Positions 42,654 to 52,813 of a stretch of DNA of 64,000 nt are shown here, piece after piece (the first letter of the stretch is position 1; the number at the start of each line of letters is the position of its first letter). Made by a program: the position numbers and the translations under genes. Below the pieces are notes generated by a model, which saw only the letters and a list, made by a program, of their open reading frames with translations, searched no databases and was not told where the DNA came from. The stretch is from Escherichia coli (GTDB lineage: Bacteria; Pseudomonadota; Gammaproteobacteria; Enterobacterales; Enterobacteriaceae): NCBI RefSeq assembly GCF_029227855.1, contig NZ_CP074357.1. One strand, given 5' to 3'.

Positions 42654-42823
42654 TTTGCAAAAATGAATATTAATCCTGAACAATATTAATTTAAGATGAG
42701 GTGGTGTTCATATTCTTCTTAATATTTTTTCTAAAAAAACGACTTCAGGTTATTAGTTGGTAGTAGTGTGTTTGTTATGATCTTCTCATCAAATACATTA
42801 ATTAAATAATCAAGGAGTCAACT

Positions 42824-43615
42824 GTGGCAGATAATTATACTCTGGCGTCGTTTATTATTCCCTGCACTCAGGAGCAGGCTAAAATGGCACAAGAAGCAAT
42901 CACATTCGTTACCGAAGCAGAAATTGCAGAAGGTGAGCGTTTGCTTGATAAGCCACTGGCAGATTGTTCTCTGACTGAGAAGCTGATTCTCAGTATTATT
43001 GAGAACCACCCTGAGTATGACCCTTCAGAGCCGAGCTTTGGGCAACCATCCTGCCCAGACTGTAATTATGAACTGTCGTTCGCAACAGAAGTTAACAGCA
43101 GTGGGCTGTCAGTTTTTCATGGAGAGACTATTGATCTTGACCATGCAATTTGCCTCACAACTGCCGTGCTGTCGGTATTCGACCTCCCGGAAATGGTAAC
43201 AATTACTGCTGCATTTACATGCAGTAAAAGCCGGACAGATGAATTTGGGGGTATGACTATTCTGGTCACAAAGGATACCCACTATTACCAGGATGGCTGT
43301 CAGTTTTCTCGTCTCATGAATGAGGCTCACAAAGCCGGTATCCAGTATGCTCTGTGTAAAGTGACGCATTACCACGGTGAGAGCAGCTATGTGGCAAGCT
43401 ATGTCCTGAGCTGCGACGTAGCGGATTCAGCCCAGGAGGTCGTTAACAGACGACTGAAGGCATGTGCCGGAAAAGAGCCAGAAGACGGAATCTATATTCT
43501 GAGTGAAGAAGACAACACCAGTCTTTCGGTCGAACTCGTTACAGAACTGTCTCCGCTCGATTACGACAAGCTGAGCAAGCTTCTTCCTTCCCTTGACACC
43601 CTTTGCGGCGCATAA
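42824..43615 (+). CDS. Hypothetical protein
   Basis: 263 aa; RBS AAGGAG. Confidence 0.5.
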   Translation: MADNYTLASFIIPCTQEQAKMAQEAITFVTEAEIAEGERLLDKPLADCSLTEKLILSIIENHPEYDPSEPSFGQPSCPDCNYELSFATEVNSSGLSVFHGETIDLDHAICLTTAVLSVFDLPEMVTITAAFTCSKSRTDEFGGMTILVTKDTHYYQDGCQFSRLMNEAHKAGIQYALCKVTHYHGESSYVASYVLSCDVADSAQEVVNRRLKACAGKEPEDGIYILSEEDNTSLSVELVTELSPLDYDKLSKLLPSLDTLCGA

Positions 43616-43666
43616 GCCTGCCTGATAACCGTAGCCACCGGTTCCCCCGGTGGCCTGGAGCCTGCC

Positions 43667-44116
43667 ATGACCAATAAATTCATAGTATCTACCGTTGTTT
43701 GCATCAATGACTTTGCAAGTGATGTTCCGCAAAGTGTTTCCTTACGGATAGATACAATGCTTGAACAGCGTATCCGCAAATTGGCGACATACGTGAAAAA
43801 AAACGATCTTCAGTTAACTGAGTTTTACTTCTATGACGCTAACTGGTCATTTTGTGGTGAAGATGAAATTCAAGAAATAACAGACCAGGATGAATATAAG
43901 CATAGCGATAGCACAAGGCAGGAAGCGATGCTGCGGGAAGTAATGCCATCAGCACGTACGGAATGCCCGGTTATTAGGGTGATGAAAGATTCATTTCAGC
44001 TTTCTGCTCTACCACGCCATTGTGGTGATGACATGACTCTTAACACTCCTTCAATTCCGCTGTCTGAGTTGAAAACAAATGTCACGGCTTTTATTACACC
44101 ACCAACCTATATCTAA
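43667..44116 (+). CDS. Hypothetical protein
   Basis: 149 aa. Confidence 0.5.
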   Translation: MTNKFIVSTVVCINDFASDVPQSVSLRIDTMLEQRIRKLATYVKKNDLQLTEFYFYDANWSFCGEDEIQEITDQDEYKHSDSTRQEAMLREVMPSARTECPVIRVMKDSFQLSALPRHCGDDMTLNTPSIPLSELKTNVTAFITPPTYI

Positions 44117-44288
44117 TAGCTGTGCTGGGAGATTAAATTACAATGGGTTTTTATTTTAAATCTATTTAAGAATTAAATTTGCGTGATTTTGATTTAATAT
44201 AATTTCGCTAAATGGTTGCGCTGTAGTTATTTTAAAGTTCTAATAAAAATATCAGTGATGCAGCATATGCCGTGGTTCAGGAAAATAT

Positions 44289-46673
44289 ATGTTTATTGAA
44301 AAAAGTGACTCATTCCTTGAATTACCCTCAGAAGTTATTTTTCCTGAGGCGGCTAATGCTGCCATTTTGAAACATGATAAATGGGCTGATGTTTGGGAGA
44401 CCCTGACAACCGATGCCGATCTGAACTATACCGATGAAAAGGAGACTGTGAGTCTTTCTTCTCTGGTCACGTCAGCCACATCTGCTATTTATCAGGCTAT
44501 TACGGACGGATGGACGATGTGCGTGGGATACAGTGGCGGTAAAGACTCCCATTCTCTTCTTCACCTATTTCTGATGGCATTGATCAGGGCAGTACGTAAC
44601 GGCACAAATATCAGCGAACATCATTTCATTCAGATGTCCGATACGCTGATCGAAAACCCTGAGATGCACTATCAGGCTTCACAGGTTCTCAACCAGCTTA
44701 GAATGTTCATTGCTGAACACCAGCTACCGGTCACAGTCCTTGTCGCCCAACCGTCTCTTACGCAGAGCTGGGTAGGCCGCATTCTGACTGGACGTGGACT
44801 TCCGACCTGGACTAATTCTTCAACCCGTCAGTGCTCAACCGACTACAAAATCGCCCCCCTGCGCAAGGCCAAAGCTCGTTATCTAAAAAACGCCCCGGCA
44901 TCCGTACGAAGCAGGGTATGCCTGATGCTGGGCTCCAGGGATGATGAAAGTGCCCGAAGGGCCGGAAATATCCTCAAAATGGGAGGGCAGGCGAGGAAAG
45001 TAACCCTGACTGAGCACGGTGGTGAACTCTATCCAGTAAAGGAGTGGCGCACTCAGGACATCTGGTCTTTTCTAATGGCCTGTGGTTCCGAATCCCGCTT
45101 CCCTTTACCAAGCTTTATGCCGGATAACTTCAGCCTGGCAACGCTTTATAAAGACGCCACCGGAGAGTGTATCTGGTCGCCGGAGAAACCCACGCGAACC
45201 TCAGCTTGTGGGGCTAGATATGGGTGCTCGCTTTGCACAGCCGTAGGGGTTGACCATTCAATGGAAACGCTCCTTCGCACTGACCCTGAGAAATATGGTT
45301 ATCAGGCAGGCCTAAGTCGTCTTCAGCGATTTCTTTCTAAGATCCAGTACGACTGGAGCCTGCGGGATTATATCGGTCGTAAAGTGTTCGAAGGCGGGTA
45401 TGTGCGTCTTCAACCCAATATCTTTTCTTCGTCCCTGACTGAACGTCTTTTTCATGTCTGTTGCAGCCTTGATTATGTTGAAGCCAGACGTGCGGCAAAG
45501 CATCGCAGAAAGCTACTTTCCGGCGAGGTGGACGATACGGCTTATAACCGTCGTATGGCTGAGCCACAATTTCGGCTTGTACATGAAGCAAACGTGATCC
45601 ACGTTGATTTCCTCTGGTCGTTGCACTGTTTCAACCCTCGCCCGTTTCGGGCAATTGAGATCTATCGCAGAGTCTGGGAAGAGGCCGATCTGGACCTTCT
45701 TGAGGATGAGCCTGACATGCTGCCTGTGGCCCGTACACCAATGCCAGCTCCACTCTGGATGAAACTGCCCGGAGGCCGGTTCGGTACAGCTTATGATGGA
45801 CTGACTGATACGTTGCCGCTGATGACCTATTTTGACGGGCAGGCTGACCCCAGGGCTTCACGTAGCCTAAAGACCGGAGAGAGCAGTTCTGTCGTCGTGG
45901 CATTCGAGGAAGAGGATGAGCTGACTGTTGAAGAAGATACGGCGTCCTGGATTATCTGGCATGAATACGACGGGTTACGCCAGAGCATCGCTGACGGTGA
46001 GTTTACTCCAACGACTGCTGCTCAGTATCTTCTTCGTTATGGCGCGGTCCGAATTTCAAAAGGGAAGGGCGCTGTCTATCATCGTCTCGCACAACGGGGA
46101 CAAACCTTTTCCCGCCTGGGGATAGGCGAAAGAGTGTCGCTTCCAGAGCTGGTTGCCAGTCGGCGTTTTAAAATACTCAGCGATACTGCATACCGTCAGG
46201 TTGTAGCCCGGAAATTGCGTGGACAGATAAAAAAGTTCAGATTCTGGGCATGCGTAGCTGCCTGTGTACAGTTGCACGTACACAACAAGACGGCACTCGG
46301 AGAAAGAATCTTAACGTTACTCGAAGGTGAGAGGGAACAGCAACAAGGTGCGATCCAGGCGAAGCTGAAGGCGGGAATGATGGATGCAGTTCTAACTCTG
46401 TGTAACCAGCGACTCCGGGTGAAAGAAAATACTAACCAGCCAGAGGAGTTCCGCTATTACCGTGCCGTAAGAGCTCGTTTCATGCGCCATTTATCTGAAT
46501 GCCTTAAGCCAGAAAATGGCGGCGTTATCCGTGACGTTATCTGGGAACTGAGGGTGCTGAGCAGTGCTCACGGTACGACCAAAACAGGTTTTTACTATGT
46601 CGATAGCAATCGCCCGACAGCGAAAGGACTGTTAAACCGCCTTCTGATGAGGATGGTCAGGCAGGTCGTATAA
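44289..46673 (+). CDS. PP-loop ATP-pyrophosphatase superfamily protein (PAPS-reductase / DndC-like) with long C-terminal extension
   Basis: 794 aa; PP-loop CVGYSGGKDSH; Cys cluster ACGARYGCSLC; C-terminal roughly 450 aa unassigned. Confidence 0.7.
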   Translation: MFIEKSDSFLELPSEVIFPEAANAAILKHDKWADVWETLTTDADLNYTDEKETVSLSSLVTSATSAIYQAITDGWTMCVGYSGGKDSHSLLHLFLMALIRAVRNGTNISEHHFIQMSDTLIENPEMHYQASQVLNQLRMFIAEHQLPVTVLVAQPSLTQSWVGRILTGRGLPTWTNSSTRQCSTDYKIAPLRKAKARYLKNAPASVRSRVCLMLGSRDDESARRAGNILKMGGQARKVTLTEHGGELYPVKEWRTQDIWSFLMACGSESRFPLPSFMPDNFSLATLYKDATGECIWSPEKPTRTSACGARYGCSLCTAVGVDHSMETLLRTDPEKYGYQAGLSRLQRFLSKIQYDWSLRDYIGRKVFEGGYVRLQPNIFSSSLTERLFHVCCSLDYVEARRAAKHRRKLLSGEVDDTAYNRRMAEPQFRLVHEANVIHVDFLWSLHCFNPRPFRAIEIYRRVWEEADLDLLEDEPDMLPVARTPMPAPLWMKLPGGRFGTAYDGLTDTLPLMTYFDGQADPRASRSLKTGESSSVVVAFEEEDELTVEEDTASWIIWHEYDGLRQSIADGEFTPTTAAQYLLRYGAVRISKGKGAVYHRLAQRGQTFSRLGIGERVSLPELVASRRFKILSDTAYRQVVARKLRGQIKKFRFWACVAACVQLHVHNKTALGERILTLLEGEREQQQGAIQAKLKAGMMDAVLTLCNQRLRVKENTNQPEEFRYYRAVRARFMRHLSECLKPENGGVIRDVIWELRVLSSAHGTTKTGFYYVDSNRPTAKGLLNRLLMRMVRQVV

Positions 46674-46778
46674 GCGTCTGAAACGCGAAACACACGAAAA
46701 TGAAGGGGTTATACAAAAAAAACTTAGCTTTGATCGTGATGTAATGTGGACATCATGTCCAAGCGTTGCTGCATCCAG

Positions 46779-46791
46779 AAAAGTAACTTTA
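46779..46791. repeat. Copy of dispersed palindrome (AAAAGTAACTTTA)
   Basis: 144 bp upstream of gene 46923. Confidence 0.55.
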
Positions 46792-46922
46792 ATCCTGTTG
46801 ATACAGCCTTTGCATTACCTGTTTACGCATAGCCTGGAAACGTTCTAATTAAACCAGACAAATATAAATTTAAATTAATTCACTCACCCCCGGAATCGGG
46901 GAACTAAACAAAAGGATCATCA

Positions 46923-47162
46923 ATGCAAAATCAAAATACCCCCGCTCAGGAAAAACACACCGTATACCTTTTTAATGCTGAACATGCTGACAAGACAGCC
47001 GCCAAGCAAGCCGGGAAACTCTTCACGCTGGACATTGAACACCCAATGACCCTCAACGATCTCTCGCTGCTGTGTGAGTCGGTCGCGGACGCTGTGGGAG
47101 CACCTGGCGGTATTAAATATGAAATCACAACAGAGCCTAATGGGGTTCAGGAGGAATACTGA
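46923..47162 (+). CDS. Small conserved protein, family member 1 (paralog of 52127-52351)
   Basis: 79 aa; shared block D.E.PMTLNDLS.LC.S.A.AVG.PGG.KY. Confidence 0.6.
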   Translation: MQNQNTPAQEKHTVYLFNAEHADKTAAKQAGKLFTLDIEHPMTLNDLSLLCESVADAVGAPGGIKYEITTEPNGVQEEY

Positions 47163-47224
47163 ATCAGTGTGGTGTGAGTCCATTTTAATTTGAGGTTTCA
47201 TGAGTTCTATCGAGAGGCTGAAGT

Positions 47225-47536
47225 ATGACTTTGAAAATGGGAAGTCCCCGGACTTCCAAGCCTGAGGGGCCATTTGTATTAATCACTTTTGAGGGGGACG
47301 AATTTCTTTTTGATGACAGACATAATGTCGTCAAGATAAATGGCAGGCCTAAAAAAATGGATGTAAAGCGAAATTATTTTGAGTCCGATCTGGGAGAAGG
47401 GAAAGCGAAATACTGGACTTTAAATATCGAAGAGGCTCATCGGTTCAATTCGATTGATGAAGCGACAGAACAACTTTGTAAACTGAATCGCCCTCATCTG
47501 ATCAAAATTCGCAAAGTTGAGGGGGTATCTGAATGA
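47225..47536 (+). CDS. Hypothetical protein
   Basis: 103 aa; RBS GAGG. Confidence 0.5.
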   Translation: MTLKMGSPRTSKPEGPFVLITFEGDEFLFDDRHNVVKINGRPKKMDVKRNYFESDLGEGKAKYWTLNIEEAHRFNSIDEATEQLCKLNRPHLIKIRKVEGVSE

Positions 47537-47721
47537 CCAAAGAGATGTTTTTACGCATTTTAAATGAGGCACAGGCTCGTGTGGATAACGATTCGCTTCC
47601 GCTTGATGTTCGTATCCGGTCACGCACCACGGTAAATGATTGCGTCATCCGGGCAGATAAAGAGGGGTGGCCTATTGAGTATAAACAGAAGGTCTGGGTA
47701 GAGGCAGTCAGTGGCTGTTAA
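47533..47721 (+). CDS. Hypothetical small protein
   Basis: 62 aa; ATGA overlap with the upstream ORF. Confidence 0.45.
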   Translation: MTKEMFLRILNEAQARVDNDSLPLDVRIRSRTTVNDCVIRADKEGWPIEYKQKVWVEAVSGC

Positions 47722-47781
47722 CTTCAGCGGTTACTTAAGCCAGCTCCTGTGCCCGTGAGATTAGTAAAGGCGGAAAATGAT

Positions 47782-48315
47782 ATGGTCAAGGTGATAAATA
47801 TCAACGGGAATTTAGTTGAGTTACCTGAGCCCTCAGCAAAGTTATCCAAAGCGGAATCACCTGATGGTAGGTTCTCAAAACCTAAAAATAAGATCTCTAA
47901 AATACAGCGAGCTGAGCTGCGAATGAAATTTGGGGGGCGTTGTGCCTATTGTGGTTGCAAGCTTCCTGAAAAAGGGTGGCATGCCGATCATGTTGAGCCT
48001 GTTCGACGCGACTTTGAACTGGTGAGAGCCCCGGTCGGCAGCGGCGTAACTCATGTTGCCCGAAGTACGGGTAAGGTTATGCACCCTGAACTGCATGCAA
48101 TAGAAAACTTATTTCCATCATGCGCTCCCTGCAACCTTTTTAAAGGAGCTTTTAGTGTTGAAGGAATGAGAAATGAAATTACCAAACAGGTTGAACGGGC
48201 TCGCGCATATAGCGTGAATTTCCGTACCGCAGAACGTTTTGGTTTGCTTCATATTGTAGTAAAACCGGTCGTCTTCTGGTTTGAGCAGTATAACGAACAG
48301 AAACAAAACGAATAA
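47782..48315 (+). CDS. HNH endonuclease-domain protein
   Basis: CAYCGC...WHADHVEP...N...CAPCN; start chosen at the ATG with RBS AAAGG (the ORF track begins at GTG 47749). Confidence 0.65.
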   Translation: MVKVININGNLVELPEPSAKLSKAESPDGRFSKPKNKISKIQRAELRMKFGGRCAYCGCKLPEKGWHADHVEPVRRDFELVRAPVGSGVTHVARSTGKVMHPELHAIENLFPSCAPCNLFKGAFSVEGMRNEITKQVERARAYSVNFRTAERFGLLHIVVKPVVFWFEQYNEQKQNE

Positions 48316-48426
48316 TTTCTCAGAGACATAAAACAAGTCAATCAACAGTGGTTAACCAATTAAAAAAGTCTATTAACTATTTTGATGCTGCTGAGGATCT
48401 GCCAGTTATATCCATAAAAGGAGAAA

Positions 48427-49038
48427 ATGATGTATCTGCATCTTGTGCCACGTATTCTTCACCATATGAAAAACAAGTGTACTCTCATGTCCGTGTCTGT
48501 CCCTGAATTGTCACTTGAGCTTAAAGCTGATTCGCTGGTGGCAATGAAACCCTATCCCAACAAGACCTACCACGTTGGCATGCTGAAGGGGCGACGAGCA
48601 TTAAATGGCTTTCTGGTAAAGAGCCCACGAACTTTAGCTGAGTTCACAATGATAACGCTCTGGGAAATAGACGGCTTTGGGGAAATTAGTCATACCGTAA
48701 AAACGCTCGTTCAGGACAACGACTATGACCTGGTCTCCCACGATGTCCTTTTGGCACATGCATACCATCAGACGGAGGAGGGATTGGGGTACCGTGTTCA
48801 TCCATCCTATGACAGTTTAGCCCCTGTCGATTTTGAGCCAACAATGCAATCCCGGTACATAAAGGAATCCGACCTTTCTCACGACGTATGGGAAACCTAT
48901 TCATGGGGGGAATTTCTGCGTTCGCGTGAAGAGACATTTCTGGCGATGACCATTTCTTCTTCTCGTTTAAACCACCCTGCATTTATCAGAGGAAACCGGC
49001 TTCCTCAAACTGACCAGGCCATCATTATTAGTTCCTAA
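48427..49038 (+). CDS. Hypothetical protein
   Basis: 203 aa; RBS AAGGAG. Confidence 0.5.
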   Translation: MMYLHLVPRILHHMKNKCTLMSVSVPELSLELKADSLVAMKPYPNKTYHVGMLKGRRALNGFLVKSPRTLAEFTMITLWEIDGFGEISHTVKTLVQDNDYDLVSHDVLLAHAYHQTEEGLGYRVHPSYDSLAPVDFEPTMQSRYIKESDLSHDVWETYSWGEFLRSREETFLAMTISSSRLNHPAFIRGNRLPQTDQAIIISS

Positions 49039-49097
49039 CTCTGCCTGGAATAAAAGTCAGACGACGGGTCAGATTTCTAGCATCTAATTAAATGAAT

Positions 49098-49116
49098 GCC
49101 CGGTAAGCCGGGCTTT
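49098..49116 (+). terminator. Putative rho-independent terminator
   Basis: GCCCGG-TAAG-CCGGGC followed by TTTGTCTATT. Confidence 0.5.
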
Positions 49117-49265
49117 GTCTATTCAGCAATCAGCTTCTAAAATATAGTTGCTAACCGAAATTCACTCCTCCAGCTTGTTAGCTAAAGTGCTTACTTATGT
49201 ATAATAATTTACGTCTGGTTATAAATTTTTTTGAATCATTTAACACAACGTCTTAAGGATACATA

Positions 49266-49493
49266 ATGTATAAGTTCACTCCCGTCCAAATTATTGCTGA
49301 TTATATACTGAGGTTTCTTAAAAATAATGCGGATGCCAAGCTTTACGAGGCAATGCAGCGGCTTGAAACAAAAATCGGTCAGTTTATCGCTGATGGGGTT
49401 GATGAACATCAACTACGCTCTTCATTAAGCAAAGCCAGTCGATCTCGTTCCAGGGCGACTCTTATACAGGAGTGTGAGAAACTTATTTCGTAA
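49266..49493 (+). CDS. Hypothetical protein
   Basis: 75 aa. Confidence 0.45.
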   Translation: MYKFTPVQIIADYILRFLKNNADAKLYEAMQRLETKIGQFIADGVDEHQLRSSLSKASRSRSRATLIQECEKLIS

Positions 49494-49510
49494 AAAGAGC
49501 ATCATCCGGG

Positions 49511-49521
49511 AAAGTTACTTT
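49511..49521. repeat. Copy of dispersed palindrome core (AAAGTTACTTT)
   Basis: 162 bp upstream of gene 49673. Confidence 0.55.
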
Positions 49522-49672
49522 AACGATAAATGGCTCCCTTCTTATCGGTTTAAGTTGACGGCCATCCCTACTAAAGCCATCATAAAGCTTGATTAGCATT
49601 CGAGTGTAGCACAACTGATTTTCATAGAGTCTTTATCCATTCTCCAGTTCTCTAACTGTATAGGTTCTATTC

Positions 49673-49993
49673 ATGCCCAATAGCTTCGATAAGCCGCAGA
49701 CGCGCCCAGCACATAACTCTGATGCCGAACCCTTTTTTCCCAAAAACCTTGGTTCGTTTATAGAGCAGGTGTCCGGAAGAGATCTGGCAATGCTCACAGA
49801 ATCCGAAAAAGAACAGCTTGCGCACCTAATCAAAATTGGACGGAGATATGGAGTTTCTGTAGCTATCGTTCCCGATACAGACTCTGCTGAGCTTCATGAA
49901 TTACTGTCTAATGCCGGTTCCATTGAAAGGCAGTTTTCCATCTATGAACGCATCCAGACGAAGATTGCGTTCACACGGTGTCAGGAAGCATAA
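49673..49993 (+). CDS. Hypothetical protein
   Basis: 106 aa. Confidence 0.45.
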   Translation: MPNSFDKPQTRPAHNSDAEPFFPKNLGSFIEQVSGRDLAMLTESEKEQLAHLIKIGRRYGVSVAIVPDTDSAELHELLSNAGSIERQFSIYERIQTKIAFTRCQEA

Positions 49994-50208
49994 ACAAAGT
50001 GAGAAATACAACTACGTGGTATGACGTTGTACATGTTGAAATCATTACAGGCGAGCGAGACGGCAGGATATGGGTGCTGAAGCTCTCCTGTGGCCATACA
50101 GTATTTCGTCGAATACCTCCTCTTCGTCTTCATAGCCTCACCGCTTTTTCTCTGCGGGAGCCCCCAGAAAAATGTCGGTGCTCCCTTTGTAATTCGAATC
50201 CAAAATAA
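49978..50208 (+). CDS. Hypothetical small protein with Cys/His pairs (possible zinc ribbon)
   Basis: 76 aa; C..H...C.C..C spacing; overlaps the upstream ORF by 16 nt. Confidence 0.4.
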   Translation: MSGSINKVRNTTTWYDVVHVEIITGERDGRIWVLKLSCGHTVFRRIPPLRLHSLTAFSLREPPEKCRCSLCNSNPK

Positions 50209-50508
50209 AACCTTTTTAAGGCCCCAAACTGAATATCACTGGATAAATCAACCTCTACAGCGTTCAATCATAAACGCTAAATTTATATTTCATTCATTCT
50301 ATTTTAAAAGCGATATAAAAGACGGAATCCGATTTAGTCTGTTTGATGCTTAAATCATCTTTAGTGCCCTTTATCTTTTACACAGCGACTTTAACATTAA
50401 CCTGAGCAGAAAAGTTGTTTTCAAACAAAGTGCGAAAACTTTCTGCTCAGGTTATTAGCCGGGTAAGCCACTTTGTTATATTTGTTTCACATTAACAGAG
50501 GAGGCGAT

Positions 50509-50820
50509 ATGCAAATTGAAAAGGTGATGTCATTACTTGAAGTGCTTTCAAGCTGGCTTGAAGATAACATCAATATGGATTCTGAAATTATCTTTGATAA
50601 TGACGAAGATAATACCAACTCAGAAATTCTGTATCCTGCTGTAGAAAAGGCTAATGCCGTTTTGCGCAAAATGGCATCTTTATCTTCAGATTCTGTTCAT
50701 GCAATTCGACAGCGCTTGCAGCTTGCCGTAGAAGGCAAAGCTGAATTGTCCCTCAAGGATGTGGGAGAGCTTCTGCTGGCAACAAAGTATCTGATGTTGT
50801 CCACTGAAGAGGGAGAGTAA
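50509..50820 (+). CDS. Hypothetical acidic protein
   Basis: Start placed at MQIEK with RBS GGAGG (ORF track begins 50473). Confidence 0.5.
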   Translation: MQIEKVMSLLEVLSSWLEDNINMDSEIIFDNDEDNTNSEILYPAVEKANAVLRKMASLSSDSVHAIRQRLQLAVEGKAELSLKDVGELLLATKYLMLSTEEGE

Positions 50821-50824
50821 GCCT

Positions 50825-51316
50825 GTGACCACTCTCGTATTTGAAATGGCGGATATTAATAAACTGATCGAAGAAATTCGCACCGCAAAAACGTTTTCGG
50901 TCACCGCAGATCAGATCTATGACCCGGCATGCTATCCGGGGGGAGCCCTCCTTAACGCTGAGGGACAGACTGAAGAAGAGGCGCGTAAAGCTGGTAGGGT
51001 TTTCTTTCCCTCATCCTCAAAAATTGCCAGCACACATCTGGTGCCAAAAGTGCTTCTCGCGCACAGTCATGGTGTATACCTGATCACTAATGCTGAGCTT
51101 GAGGGCTCTCCCGCATCCCGCGATACTGTGGCTTACGCCCAGGGGATGAATCCAAAACTGGATGAGGACTGGGATTACGCTTGTGATGCCGCTTTGGGTG
51201 GGTCTGATTGTAGCTATACCATTCCCGTTGAGTGGCTGGAGTTAGCGGTAGAGCAGGGTTTTCAGGAGTTTCGACTTCGAATGAGTGAAACCAAGATCAA
51301 ACTTGTCACTAAATAG
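50825..51316 (+). CDS. Hypothetical protein
   Basis: 163 aa; GTG start with RBS GGGAGAG. Confidence 0.5.
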   Translation: MTTLVFEMADINKLIEEIRTAKTFSVTADQIYDPACYPGGALLNAEGQTEEEARKAGRVFFPSSSKIASTHLVPKVLLAHSHGVYLITNAELEGSPASRDTVAYAQGMNPKLDEDWDYACDAALGGSDCSYTIPVEWLELAVEQGFQEFRLRMSETKIKLVTK

Positions 51317-51395
51317 TATGTCCTTGCTGTTGCCAGTCAAACATTGTCCGCCAGTCGAGCTGCTGGCGGATTGTTTTATATAAGGAGGGGAAGGT

Positions 51396-51689
51396 ATGTC
51401 AGGTTTAAGCAGTTCCGCCCAGAAGCTTACAATGGCACAGATTTACGTGTTACGACGGATGGCATCCGGCACGGTCTATGATATCTCTGGCAATTTCAGA
51501 CGGGCCAGAGAACGGCGTACGTTTATGGGGAATCCTGATGATGTGACGTGCAGGAGCTCTCCGGTCCTGTTCCGGCTCGGCCTCGTGGAGTTATGCCAGC
51601 CAGCAAGCCATCTGGAGCCAGGTTTATACTATCGGCTCAAGTTGAGCTCCTCAGGGCATGAGGCTCTCAAGGCGAACGCACACCTCTAA
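51396..51689 (+). CDS. Hypothetical protein
   Basis: 97 aa; RBS AGGAGG. Confidence 0.5.
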   Translation: MSGLSSSAQKLTMAQIYVLRRMASGTVYDISGNFRRARERRTFMGNPDDVTCRSSPVLFRLGLVELCQPASHLEPGLYYRLKLSSSGHEALKANAHL

Positions 51690-51708
51690 CATTTGAGATA
51701 GTTCGTTC

Positions 51709-51719
51709 GCAGCCAGGAA
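51709..51719. repeat. Copy of dispersed palindrome core (AAAGTAACTTT)
   Basis: 160 bp upstream of gene 51869. Confidence 0.55.
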
Positions 51720-51868
51720 AGTAACTTTCACCTCAAGTGTGACCCTTACTACCTCATTTATGAGTAAACCCCCCCTCTGATATGTCGAAAATGCTCATTT
51801 ATACGAAAATAGTTTCTCTTCAGGTGTGATGTAATTACTGAGAATTCTCCCTGAATGGAAGGCAACCG

Positions 51869-52072
51869 ATGAAAATGTTTTTTACCCCTTATGTTCGTAT
51901 CGTTTTCTATTTTTGCGCATTGATTTTTATTGTTTACAGTTTCAGTGATTTTTTCCAGGGCGTCCCTGACAGCACCTTCTTCAGTGCGGTCATCATGCTA
52001 CTTGTTATCGGAACCATTGTTGCCCGGCATCTGGATCGCAAAAAATCTCTCAAAAATACTTCACAGATTTAA
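51869..52072 (+). CDS. Small membrane protein (two predicted hydrophobic helices)
   Basis: 67 aa. Confidence 0.5.
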   Translation: MKMFFTPYVRIVFYFCALIFIVYSFSDFFQGVPDSTFFSAVIMLLVIGTIVARHLDRKKSLKNTSQI

Positions 52073-52084
52073 GTTTCAACTCAG

Positions 52085-52104
52085 GCCACTCTCGGGTGGC
52101 TTTT
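52085..52104 (+). terminator. Rho-independent terminator
   Basis: GCCAC-TCTCG-GGTGGC followed by TTTT. Confidence 0.6.
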
Positions 52105-52126
52105 ATAATTTAATAAGGACCGGTTC

Positions 52127-52351
52127 ATGCATAACCACGAAATTCAGACCATTGCTATATTTAGTGCCCAGTATAAAAACATCGAAGATGCTGAAAATGC
52201 AGGTGCTTTATATTCTGTAGATATTGAATATCCGATGACACTAAATGATTTATCGCGGCTTTGCGACTCTATTGCCGAAGCAGTAGGTGTGCCTGGCGGC
52301 GTCAAATACCAGTTCGTGTCCCAGCCGGAAGCGCATGAAACCAGCTTCTGA
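52127..52351 (+). CDS. Small conserved protein, family member 2
   Basis: 74 aa; about 50% identical to 46923-47162 over the core. Confidence 0.6.
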   Translation: MHNHEIQTIAIFSAQYKNIEDAENAGALYSVDIEYPMTLNDLSRLCDSIAEAVGVPGGVKYQFVSQPEAHETSF

Positions 52352-52390
52352 TAACCAGTAACCAAACTGCCTAAAAGCAGGTGCAAAGCC

Positions 52391-52591
52391 ATGAAACAAA
52401 CAAAGTCTTCTATGTCACGTATTGTGCAGCTGTACGACGGGAGCCGATACGGAAACTGCGAGCAGGCTGATAACGAAGGAGAGCTTTTTACGGTGGTGTT
52501 GAATAAGCCTTCGCAGATCGATGACATCCGTAAAATCGTAGACACAACCGCCGAAGTACTTGGCAAAGCTTTGCCAGTACTCCTCTTATAA
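52391..52591 (+). CDS. Small protein, distant third member of the same family
   Basis: 66 aa; weaker shared pattern (LFTV.L..P....D....I.D..AEVLG). Confidence 0.45.
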   Translation: MKQTKSSMSRIVQLYDGSRYGNCEQADNEGELFTVVLNKPSQIDDIRKIVDTTAEVLGKALPVLLL

Positions 52592-52813
52592 AGCTTACAT
52601 CCGTGAAGGATAATTACGGTCTTACTACTTTCAGTTTTTCATTCCAGTGCCGTCCATTTTAATTTATCGATTTTAAGCGGTCGGCGCTATTTCATCGTTT
52701 CTTTTCCGACTGTAATTCCTTATATATAGGAATATTTCAAAGAATTTTTCTCAGGTTATTTGTGGCGGGATGCCAGTTGTTATAATGATTCCACATAATC
52801 TGGAGAGTTAATC

